A program made the translations under genes and the position numbers. Shown in pieces: positions 1 through 7,895 of a DNA stretch of 32,000 nt (positions are counted from its first letter, which is position 1; the number at the start of each line of letters is the position of its first letter). The stretch comes from Erysipelothrix larvae (GTDB taxonomy: Bacteria; Bacillota_I; Bacilli_A; Erysipelotrichales; Erysipelotrichaceae). The notes under the pieces were generated by a model. That model was not told the origin of the DNA and searched no databases. It saw nothing but the letters and a program-made list of their open reading frames with translations. The stretch is from the NCBI RefSeq assembly GCF_001545095.1, contig NZ_CP013213.1:2310001-2342000 (forward strand), written 5' to 3'.

Positions 1-601
1 AAACATCTTTATCAAAGAGTCGTTTAAGTTCCTTGGTTTGTGGATTATAGCGGAACGCTTGAACATTCTTACCACGGGAGAATGTACCACCATCTGAGTA
101 AAATGGAATTTCTTCAAATATTTCGACATACTCACGCTCTTCTTTTGTAGCATTGATGTAATCATCACGATTCGCTGGATCTTCATAGATTCCATGCTCA
201 TTTTCATTTAATGCACTAAATACGATCCATGTTGATTTGTCTTCAACAAATATATTTGATACTGGAAGATATAATGTTGTCGCATATTCAAATGTCTTCG
301 AATTTAAGTCATAGCGATACAACACAGTCTTTGATTCGCTAACTGCTTTCTTTTCATCTTCTGTTTTCGCATAGGGTACAAGAATCGAAGTTTCAGATTC
401 CCAATAATATTGGCTACTTTTCCCAATGTCTACCGCTTTTGAATGGTTAACACCATCACTGAACATTAGGGTATGAGTATAGGTGTTCTCTTTCAAGTCT
501 GGTTTTGATACAACAAAAGCCATTTTCGAAAATAGCGGACTTGTTGTGAGATTTGAAAGGTATTTAAACTGATTCATATCTTGAATTGTAATTTTATTCA
601 T
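1..601 (-). CDS. S9-family (prolyl oligopeptidase / acylaminoacyl-peptidase-like) serine peptidase, N-terminal propeller part; the 3' end lies beyond the window
   Basis: Absent from the ORF track because it runs off the left edge. Reverse-strand ATG at 601 is preceded by AAGGAG (complement of 612-617). My translation MNKITIQDMNQFKYLSNLTTSPLFSKMAFVVSKPDLKENTY...VLYRYDLNSKTFEY... stays open to position 1 and resembles the N-termini of Firmicute S9 peptidases. The family call rests on remembered motif pattern only. Confidence 0.5.
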   Translation of the reverse strand, partial: MNKITIQDMNQFKYLSNLTTSPLFSKMAFVVSKPDLKENTYTHTLMFSDGVNHSKAVDIGKSSQYYWESETSILVPYAKTEDEKKAVSESKTVLYRYDLNSKTFEYATTLYLPVSNIFVEDKSTWIVFSALNENEHGIYEDPANRDDYINATKEEREYVEIFEEIPFYSDGGTFSRGKNVQAFRYNPQTKELKRLFDKDV

Positions 602-964
602 ATTCTAAATACTCCTTTGCATATATTTTACCGTTTACATTTAAATAAACAAGGGAATTAGCATAAAATATTCGTTTTACTTAATTATTTCTGTAATCTC
701 AATAATGAAAATTAATAATATTTTCATGCTACTCTCTAAAGAATTTGATTTTAACTTAATATATTAGCAAATCTCCTATCAACTTTTTTATTTAGTTGTA
801 TATTTACTTCCTAACACTTCCATGTATAATAATCCAGCGTAATGAGTCAGTTAATAATCTAAAAAAATGGATATTTTAATTTAATATTAAAGTATAAGAA
901 AAAATCAATTGACTTTAAGTAGTAGTCGTATGATATCGTTTAACTATAGGAAGGAGTATATATT

Positions 965-1801
965 ATGAGTATCTTAATTAAAATTAGGGAGTACGGTGGT
1001 TTATCACAAAGTGAATCAATGGTACAAAAATACATTTTACATAACACTAAGAAGTTTTTATCACAGAGCTGTAGGGATGTAGCGAAAGAAACATACACAT
1101 CTCCTTCAACTGTTACTCGTTTTTGTAAACGAATAGTTCCAGAAGGAATGCATGCGATGAAATTAAAGCTTGCTACAGAAGTTGAAAGTTACAAAAATAT
1201 CAACTTAGATATCCTTAACTCAACCATTATCCAGCCCAATGACTCGGTTCTTGATGTAACTGACAAGATTACGAAAATTTCTATTCAATCAATAGAAGAA
1301 ACTCGACTGCTCCTTAATGAAGCAGATTTAGTTGACGCAGCCAAAATGATAGTAGATGCTACTGCTGTTGATTTTTACGGTACAGGTGCATCGAATGTAG
1401 TTGCAATTGATGCTTCATATAAATTTATGAGAATAGGCAAAATCGCTCAATGTTACCAACTTGTTGATCGCCAATTAGTACAGTCATTGAACTCAAATCA
1501 AAACCATGTCGGTCTTATTTTTTCTTTCTCTGGTGAGACTAAAGAAATGATTGAGATTGCTAAAAATCTTCAAGAAAGTGGAACTCCATCTATAGCTATC
1601 GTCGGCTCAATCGGAAGTCAACTCCCTAAATATACGGATTTAGCCATATTTGTTAGTGCAAAAGAAACAACATTTCGTAGCGGAGCAATGGCATCAAGAA
1701 CTGCTCAACTATTCGTCGTGGATTTACTCTATGCAATAAGCAGTCTATATGATTATGATAAATCCCATTTAAATGTCGCAAAAACAAGAATATCGGTGTA
1801 A
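965..1801 (+). CDS. RpiR/MurR-family transcriptional regulator (N-terminal HTH_6 plus C-terminal SIS phosphosugar-binding domain)
   Basis: 278-aa ORF. ATG at 965 is preceded by AGGAAGGAG (948-956). The N-terminus ...SCRDVAKETYTSPSTVTRFCKRI... is an RpiR-type HTH. The C-terminal part ...FYGTGASNVVAIDASYKFMRIGK...FSFSGETKE... is SIS-like. Confidence 0.9.
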   Translation: MSILIKIREYGGLSQSESMVQKYILHNTKKFLSQSCRDVAKETYTSPSTVTRFCKRIVPEGMHAMKLKLATEVESYKNINLDILNSTIIQPNDSVLDVTDKITKISIQSIEETRLLLNEADLVDAAKMIVDATAVDFYGTGASNVVAIDASYKFMRIGKIAQCYQLVDRQLVQSLNSNQNHVGLIFSFSGETKEMIEIAKNLQESGTPSIAIVGSIGSQLPKYTDLAIFVSAKETTFRSGAMASRTAQLFVVDLLYAISSLYDYDKSHLNVAKTRISV

Positions 1802-1804
1802 GCT

Positions 1805-1829
1805 GTTTCAACATTTGAAACAACGTTTC
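1805..1829 (+). promoter_or_regulatory. Two overlapping inverted repeats between rpiR and the PTS genes (candidate operator or weak attenuator hairpin)
   Basis: GTTTCAA-CAT-TTGAAAC (1805-1821) overlaps GAAAC-AAC-GTTTC (1817-1829), starting 4 nt after the rpiR stop. No U-run follows, so this is not a classical terminator. Confidence 0.3.
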
Positions 1830-1896
1830 TCAATGTCCCAATATCATTGAAAATAGAAGTCAGTTGTTTACAATTGAATTAAGAAGGAGGACAAAC

Positions 1897-2358
1897 ATGA
1901 TTTCTTTATTAAGAATTGATGAACGACTAATCCACGGACAAGTTGCTTATTCTTGGACAAATACTTATAAAAGCCAAGCGTTAATGGTGATTACACTAAA
2001 TCAAAAGAATGATTTGGAAAGGATGTCATTAGAGCTAGCTTGTCCACGAAACTTAAAATGTTTCATAGTTACAATACAAGAAGCGGTTGATTTACTCAAA
2101 AAATATGAGAGTAAATCTATCTTTGTCGTAACTGATTGTGCTGAAGTTGTTCTCGAACTATTGAAGAATGGAATTAATATACCGACTGTTAATGTTGGTG
2201 GTCTTTACCATAAAAGTGGTCGAACTCAAGTGAGCAAAACAGTTTTTATAGACGATACCATGAGGGAAGTATTTCGAAAGATTAGCGACTTTGGAACAAA
2301 GTTGGAAATTAGGGCAACCCCTAGTGATTCCCCAATAAACTTAATTAAGTCGCTTTAA
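1897..2358 (+). CDS. PTS mannose/fructose/sorbose-family EIIB component
   Basis: The ORF track starts at TTG 1864. I prefer ATG 1897, which is preceded by AAGAAGGAGG (1881-1890). The N-terminus MISLLRIDERLIHGQV carries the conserved IIB(Man) phospho-histidine motif. Confidence 0.85.
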   Translation: MISLLRIDERLIHGQVAYSWTNTYKSQALMVITLNQKNDLERMSLELACPRNLKCFIVTIQEAVDLLKKYESKSIFVVTDCAEVVLELLKNGINIPTVNVGGLYHKSGRTQVSKTVFIDDTMREVFRKISDFGTKLEIRATPSDSPINLIKSL

Positions 2359-2374
2359 AAAGAAAGGGAAAAAA

Positions 2375-3964
2375 ATGAATTTGGGACAAGCTCTTATATT
2401 GAGCATCATAATTGCAGTAATAATTCTTGAAAACTATGGTTACGGTTATTGGATGTTTTCGAGGCCAGTAATAGCTGGACCGATTATTGGATTAATAATG
2501 AATGATATTCAAACGGGACTCCTAGTGGGTGGAAGTATTGAATTAATGTACATGGGAGTATTACCAATTGGTGGTTCAGTACCACCAAATGCACAAATTG
2601 CTGGGATGCTATCGACAGTGTTTGCAATAACAAATGGAGGACGTGCGGAAATTGGAATTAGTCTTGCACTTCCAATTGGGGTATTAGCTCAGTTATTAAT
2701 TATGCTTGCATGGAACATAAACATTGGTTTAATGCACCGTGCTGATAGATTTATAGATGAAGGAAACATAAAAGGTGTCGAAAGAACCCACCTACTAGGA
2801 TTGCCAATATTCTTCCTAGTATTCTTTATACCAACGTTCCTAGCAATCTTTCTAGGTAGTGATGCTGTAACAGCAATTGTAAATTCGATGCCTGCTGTAT
2901 TAACTGACGGATTAAAAATAGCATCTGGAATTTTACCCGCAGTAGGTATGGCGATGCTTCTTAAAATGATGAATTTTAAAAAGTATTGGTCTTTCTTTAT
3001 CTTTGGGTTTGTACTCGCAGTATATCTAGAGCTTAACGTTCTTGCAATCTCATTAATTGCACTTTGTATCGTAATGGCGAATGTGTGTCTTTCAAAACAA
3101 AATGATTCACAAGATGACTTTGAGGATTTTGATGATGAACCAACCAATAGCCGAGTGGACCGTTTGATCGATAAAGGTGTTCTAAAGCAAACAATGCGCC
3201 GATCTTTCTTTACGATGACATCAATCAATTATGAACGTTATACTTCACTAGGATTTTGTTATTCGATGATTCCGACGATTAAAAGACTATATTCTAATAA
3301 AGAAGACCAAATATCTGCCTTAAGACGTCATAATGAATTTTTCAATTGTCATCCATATACAGGTAATGCTGTCATCGGAGTTTCAATCGCACTAGAGGAA
3401 AGTTTAGCAATTGGGGAAGGTGGAGTGACATTTGAAGCGATTTCTGCAACTAAATCTGCTCTTATGGGACCATTGTCCGGGATTGGAGATTCTGTATTTA
3501 AGGCTGTCTTTATGACTATCTTTGCTGCTATTGGAGCAGGGATGGCCCTAGAAGGGAATTTACTTGGCCCAATCGTATTTATAGTACCTAATGTTTCCTT
3601 GAATATATTATCAAGATGGTACTTTATAAAATATGGGTACGAGTTCGGATCATCCATTATTTTGAAAATGAAGAACAGTCAACTAATTGATAAATTTATT
3701 GAAGGGGCTACTGTTGTTGGATTAATGGTGGTAGGAGCAATGAGCATGAGTTTTGTAAAAGTGCCGATTTCCTTGAACTGGACTTTCGGAGAAATAGAAA
3801 TTGTGTTAATTGATTTGATTAATTCAATAATCCCCGGTATATTATCTCTTCTAGTAGTTTTAGGGTTCTATCATATTTTAAATAAACAAAAGAAAGGTAT
3901 GTTTACGTGTATTGGCTTAAGTTTTGTAGTCGGTATCGTAGGTAAGTTTTTAGGTATATTCTAA
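2375..3964 (+). CDS. PTS mannose-family EIIC-EIID fusion protein (single 529-aa polypeptide)
   Basis: Residues 1 to about 235 are a polytopic IIC(Man)-like domain. An acidic linker SKQNDSQDDFEDFDDEPTNS follows (about 3092-3160). The remainder, starting RLIDKGVLKQTMRRSFFTMTSINYERYTSLGFCYSMIPTIKRLY, matches the conserved IID N-terminus. Confidence 0.85.
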   Translation: MNLGQALILSIIIAVIILENYGYGYWMFSRPVIAGPIIGLIMNDIQTGLLVGGSIELMYMGVLPIGGSVPPNAQIAGMLSTVFAITNGGRAEIGISLALPIGVLAQLLIMLAWNINIGLMHRADRFIDEGNIKGVERTHLLGLPIFFLVFFIPTFLAIFLGSDAVTAIVNSMPAVLTDGLKIASGILPAVGMAMLLKMMNFKKYWSFFIFGFVLAVYLELNVLAISLIALCIVMANVCLSKQNDSQDDFEDFDDEPTNSRVDRLIDKGVLKQTMRRSFFTMTSINYERYTSLGFCYSMIPTIKRLYSNKEDQISALRRHNEFFNCHPYTGNAVIGVSIALEESLAIGEGGVTFEAISATKSALMGPLSGIGDSVFKAVFMTIFAAIGAGMALEGNLLGPIVFIVPNVSLNILSRWYFIKYGYEFGSSIILKMKNSQLIDKFIEGATVVGLMVVGAMSMSFVKVPISLNWTFGEIEIVLIDLINSIIPGILSLLVVLGFYHILNKQKKGMFTCIGLSFVVGIVGKFLGIF

Positions 3965-3967
3965 TTT

Positions 3968-4669
3968 ATGACACATAAAGATATTTTACTCAACAAAATT
4001 GCTGGTAATTTAATTGTATCTTGCCAAGCACGCCCTGGATGGGCTATGTACGGGCCAAACATTATGGCTGCATTCGCAGTAGCAGCACAAGAGGGAGGCG
4101 CTGTCGCAATTCGTGCAACGGGAAAAGAAAACATACAAGCTATTAAAAATAAGGTTTCCCTACCAATTCTTGGGATTAATAAAATTTTCAACCCGGATTA
4201 CCCAGTATACATCACTCCTACTTATGAAAGTGCAAAAGAGATATTGGATATCGGCATTGAAATTATCGCCCTTGATGCAACAGATCGAGCAAGACCTAAC
4301 AATGAAACATTCGAATCAATAGTTGAGAAAATACGATTGAATTATCCCGATACATTGATTATGGGAGAGGTTTCAACTTTGGAAGAAGCTAAAAGCATAC
4401 TTAACTTAGATATTGACTTAATTTCAACAACATTATCTGGATACACTCAAGAATCTGAGGATGTCCATGGAGTGAATTTTAAGTTGATTGAAACCATAAA
4501 GAAAATTACAGATATTCCAGTAATAGCAGAAGGAAAAATAGAGTCCCCAGAAGAAGCAGTTATGGCATTGCAATCAGGAGCATTTGCCGTTGTAGTAGGA
4601 ACTTCTATTACTAGACCAGAAATTATCACTTCTCGTTATGCAAATTCGTTAAAGAGAATGAAGGGATGA
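3968..4669 (+). CDS. nanE: N-acetylmannosamine-6-phosphate 2-epimerase
   Basis: 233 aa with typical NanE length and pattern: ...LIVSCQA...GGAVAIRA...PILGINK...IALDAT...MGEVST...ISTTLSGYT...PVIAEGKI...AVVVGTSITRP. It starts 3 nt after the IICD stop. Confidence 0.85.
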   Translation: MTHKDILLNKIAGNLIVSCQARPGWAMYGPNIMAAFAVAAQEGGAVAIRATGKENIQAIKNKVSLPILGINKIFNPDYPVYITPTYESAKEILDIGIEIIALDATDRARPNNETFESIVEKIRLNYPDTLIMGEVSTLEEAKSILNLDIDLISTTLSGYTQESEDVHGVNFKLIETIKKITDIPVIAEGKIESPEEAVMALQSGAFAVVVGTSITRPEIITSRYANSLKRMKG

Positions 4670-4670
4670 A

Positions 4671-5054
4671 ATGATGATTAAGTTAATTATTTGTGGTCAT
4701 GGTAATTTTGCCTCTGGGCTACTTTCTTCGTTAAGTCTCATTATTGGTAACAATTCAAATATTTATTGTATCGATTTTGGTGGAGAAGATGACGGATCAG
4801 GTATAAAAAATCTGTTTATGAAATATGCAGGTAACTCTCAGACTATAATCGCAACGGATTTATATGGTGGAACACCATTCAAGCAAGCTGCAATGTTATC
4901 TATGTCATTAAGTAATATTCATGTGCTCACTGGAATCAATTTGGGTATGTTGTTGGAACTGTCTTTTCGACTTAATTCAACTAACTCCATATACGAAATT
5001 TTGGAAGAAGTTGTTGCTTTGGGGCGAGATAATATATCCTATTTCAAACCATGA
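4671..5054 (+). CDS. PTS mannose-family EIIA component
   Basis: 127 aa. The N-terminus MMIKLIICGHGNFASG has the IIA(Man) active-site His context. It starts 1 nt after the nanE stop. Confidence 0.8.
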   Translation: MMIKLIICGHGNFASGLLSSLSLIIGNNSNIYCIDFGGEDDGSGIKNLFMKYAGNSQTIIATDLYGGTPFKQAAMLSMSLSNIHVLTGINLGMLLELSFRLNSTNSIYEILEEVVALGRDNISYFKP

Positions 5055-5080
5055 TACGAGATTTAATGTAGTAACAAAAA

Positions 5081-5103
5081 ACTCACCAAACGGTGAGTTT
5101 TTA
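5081..5103 (+). terminator. Rho-independent terminator of the PTS/nanE operon
   Basis: CTCACC-AAAC-GGTGAG stem-loop followed by TTTTT, 27 nt downstream of the IIA stop. Confidence 0.7.
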
Positions 5104-5328
5104 TTGGCTTAAATAATAGTTATTGAGTTTTGAATTTCAAAACAATACTAGAATTATCATTCATATTTCATCTCAGTTTAATAATTTGTGAAATAGTATT
5201 CTTGCTTTGATGCTACCATAAAAAATATAGATTATAATTTCGAGATGAAATAACCTAACGTTATTCTCCTACAAATAATTAAATCCTGATTACAATTTGA
5301 TGAAATAGAAGAAACATCATTCTGCCGT

Positions 5329-5607
5329 CTAAGATAGTTCATAATGAGGTTCACTATATTTTTCACCTAATGTAATCGTAAGGTCCTTGTCTTCAAAATA
5401 CCATGCATCTCCATGCTCAATATAGTAGGTAATACCATCTACTTCTTGACTCGCATACGGCCGTGTTGGTTCGAGTTTCATAACAGCTAAGGAGAATCCT
5501 GAACTGCTTCCGTAAACTTTACCATAAAACCTTAGGGCATCTCCTTTTTGTAAATCCATATTTTCTTGATACCATTGAGCTGCTTCTTTACTTACATTTA
5601 TTTTCAT
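5329..5607 (-). CDS. HesB/YadR/YfhF-family small protein (Fe-S biogenesis-like fold)
   Basis: 92 aa. MKINVSKEAAQWYQENMDLQKGDALRFYGKVYG... resembles YneR/YfhF-type proteins. Family call from memory. Confidence 0.55.
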   Translation of the reverse strand: MKINVSKEAAQWYQENMDLQKGDALRFYGKVYGSSSGFSLAVMKLEPTRPYASQEVDGITYYIEHGDAWYFEDKDLTITLGEKYSEPHYELS

Positions 5608-5666
5608 ATTATATCCACTCCTATGTTTAGTCTATCATATAAAACCAACTAAAATAATTGAAGTGC

Positions 5667-6326
5667 TTAGAGCGATTCTCGATACCGAGCCATCATTTCT
5701 TTGAACAACTCAGCAGTTGATGGTGGTGTAAAGGTAATCGCATTAGCGCCTGCTTCAATTGTTTCCAGAATTGATTCATTTGTAGGTCCCCCTGTTGCCA
5801 TAATGGCAGCATCGGGAAATTTCTCGCGGATTTTACGCACAACTTCAGGAGTTCGTGCTGCAGCGGATACATTCAAGATGGTTGCACCACTATTGAGTCG
5901 TGCTTCAATATCTTCATTTTCGCTCAAAACAGTGACAACAATTGGAATTTCCAGGCGTTGTCTTACGCGTGAGATGACTTCATTTTTTGTTGGTGCATTT
6001 ACAACAACACCCATAGCACCTTGGCGTTCTGCATCGACCGCAAGGTTAATGACACGTGGACCACGTGTTGTGCCTCCACCGATTCCTGTAAAGACTGGAA
6101 TATCCGATGCCATAATTAATGCATTGGAAATTACAGGTTGTGGAGTAAATGGGTATACTGCAATCACCGCGTCGGCATTACAGTTACGAATCACTGCGAT
6201 ATCAGTTGAAAATACAAGTGAGCGAATAAGTCGTCCAAAAATTCGAATCCCTTTTGCTTGGTGGATTGCTTCTGGAAGTTTTACACTATGTGCTCTTAAA
6301 TTACCATTGTACTCTGGAATATTCAT
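5667..6326 (-). CDS. Conserved protein of unknown function, probably a phosphate-binding TIM-barrel (NanE/ThiE/IGPS-like)
   Basis: 219-aa ORF with alternating beta/alpha pattern and Gly-rich loops (FTGIGGGTTRGP, IMATGGPTNES). The long antisense ORF 5701..6357 is its shadow. Coding status is confident; function is not. Confidence 0.5.
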   Translation of the reverse strand: MNIPEYNGNLRAHSVKLPEAIHQAKGIRIFGRLIRSLVFSTDIAVIRNCNADAVIAVYPFTPQPVISNALIMASDIPVFTGIGGGTTRGPRVINLAVDAERQGAMGVVVNAPTKNEVISRVRQRLEIPIVVTVLSENEDIEARLNSGATILNVSAAARTPEVVRKIREKFPDAAIMATGGPTNESILETIEAGANAITFTPPSTAELFKEMMARYRESL

Positions 6327-6348
6327 GTTTGTGCTTCCCCTTTTCTTA

Positions 6349-7206
6349 CTAAATTAGTCTTTTCTCAAACCCACCCGATACTTTTAGATTTTCTGTAATT
6401 GCGATGAAGGCATTGGGATCCATACCATGAATCATCTTCTTAAGTTCATCGACTTCTGACTGTGCCACAATTGTAACAAAGATTTCAATTGGTGTATTGG
6501 TGAATGCACCTGCACCATCCCAATACGTAGCGCCTCTTCGAATCTTTGAATTAACAAGATACTTAATATCCTTGTTCTTTGTAAACACCATAACACTTAC
6601 CTCAAGGTTGTGATGGTGGAAGCGGTCTAAGAATTGAGCAAAGATAAATGAGTATACAAGTGAATACACTGCAATTTCAAAATTATAGAAGATGAAACAG
6701 ATGAAATAGATCAAACTATTCACAACGAGGTATAGTTTCCCAACGGTTGCACCTTTCTTTTGTGATTGATAAATCCCTAAAATATCAAGACCTCCCCCAG
6801 ATCCGCGTCCTTTGAAACTCAAAGAAGAACCAAAGGCACCAATGACTGCCGCAAGCAATATCGTTACGAAGACATCATTGATCAACGGTTTTGAAGGGAT
6901 TGGGACAACAATCATCGTTATTGCTTGAGACACAACGGTAATAATACTGTATCCTACAAAATTCTTTGATAACCGAGTGTAGGCAAAGATAAAAATTGGG
7001 ATGTTGAGTAAGAGGTTAAAAACCCCTGTTAAGTCAAACCCAGGATTTATATGAAACACATTTACGACAAGGTCCCTAAGTAATTGGGAGATTCCTGTAA
7101 TCCCTCCGTTATAGAGTTGTAAAGGTGTTAAGAATAGATTTACTGTAAGTGAAAAGAGTGCTCCACCCGCCATCATATAGAGGCAATTTTTTAATTGAAG
7201 TTTCAT
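6349..7206 (-). CDS. YitT-family membrane protein (DUF2179 C-terminal domain)
   Basis: 285 aa, polytopic, with the characteristic GRGSGGGLDILG motif and a soluble C-terminal domain. Confidence 0.8.
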   Translation of the reverse strand: MKLQLKNCLYMMAGGALFSLTVNLFLTPLQLYNGGITGISQLLRDLVVNVFHINPGFDLTGVFNLLLNIPIFIFAYTRLSKNFVGYSIITVVSQAITMIVVPIPSKPLINDVFVTILLAAVIGAFGSSLSFKGRGSGGGLDILGIYQSQKKGATVGKLYLVVNSLIYFICFIFYNFEIAVYSLVYSFIFAQFLDRFHHHNLEVSVMVFTKNKDIKYLVNSKIRRGATYWDGAGAFTNTPIEIFVTIVAQSEVDELKKMIHGMDPNAFIAITENLKVSGGFEKRLI

Positions 7207-7472
7207 GTGGCAATTATAACATTAATCAAATTGATTGAGTATACTGACACAAAATTTTATTGGAGATTTAAGATAATTAACACGGTTTTTTCACATATAT
7301 AAACAAGGGGTATCGTTTGAGTTTATAGCAAGGGATCATTGCTATATGACATCCAATAATTTTATATCTAACCAATAATACGGTATCATTGTTTTTGATT
7401 TAGATTAAGCAAATATAGAGTGTTGATGTTCAATTATGGTGGTTTGTGGTAAACTATTCTAGAGGTGAAATT

Positions 7473-7895
7473 ATGGAAATCTATAATCTTAAACATTTAA
7501 ATCAAGACAAACGATTCATTGTAGCCATTGTTGTAGGATTCATTGGGTCTTTTGTATTTGGAATTATTTCCGGATATCTTCGACGCATTATATCCATAGG
7601 AAGCATCGACTTCCCTGTTATCTATTGGGCTGCGGCATATGCAACTGCTTATGCGATTCAACGATTTGGACGGGGGGTTCAACCACGTTTTGCGTATGTA
7701 GGTGCTGTGTGTGGTTTACTTACGGTTTTAGTGTCCGATGCAACGCTTTATTTTGGAATTGCAGGTGCATTCTCATTATCTTCATATCACATTGTAGTTG
7801 TAATGCTTTTACGCGCTGATATGTTTGCATTTCTTGGACTTCTCTATCGTGCGGTGTGTGTTTATATTGGGTACTCATACTCACGGATTATATGA
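7473..7895 (+). CDS. Small integral membrane protein (about 4 TM), unknown function
   Basis: The ORF track starts at GTG 7446. ATG 7473 is preceded by AGAGGTGA. Its stop TGA (7893-7895) overlaps the alr ATG (7892-7894) as ATGA. Confidence 0.6.
   Translation: MEIYNLKHLNQDKRFIVAIVVGFIGSFVFGIISGYLRRIISIGSIDFPVIYWAAAYATAYAIQRFGRGVQPRFAYVGAVCGLLTVLVSDATLYFGIAGAFSLSSYHIVVVMLLRADMFAFLGLLYRAVCVYIGYSYSRII

Noticed and set aside
626-639. cre-like CcpA site, TGTAAACGGTAAAA (minus strand), just upstream of the S9 peptidase RBS. It matches TGWAANCGNTNWCA at 13 of 14 positions.
   Set aside because: This is a single near-match in very AT-rich DNA with the conserved C at position 13 missing. Function cannot be supported from sequence alone.
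5701-6357. Long antisense ORFs, such as 5701..6357 (+, 218 aa), 2689..3228 (-), 3349..3657 (-), 19034..19339 (+), 19633..19908 (+), 23339..23608 (+) and 24747..25121 (+).
   Set aside because: Each lies fully inside a well-supported gene on the opposite strand. They have low-complexity, Ser/Pro/Arg/Ile-rich translations with no RBS or recognisable motif, so they are typical shadow ORFs.
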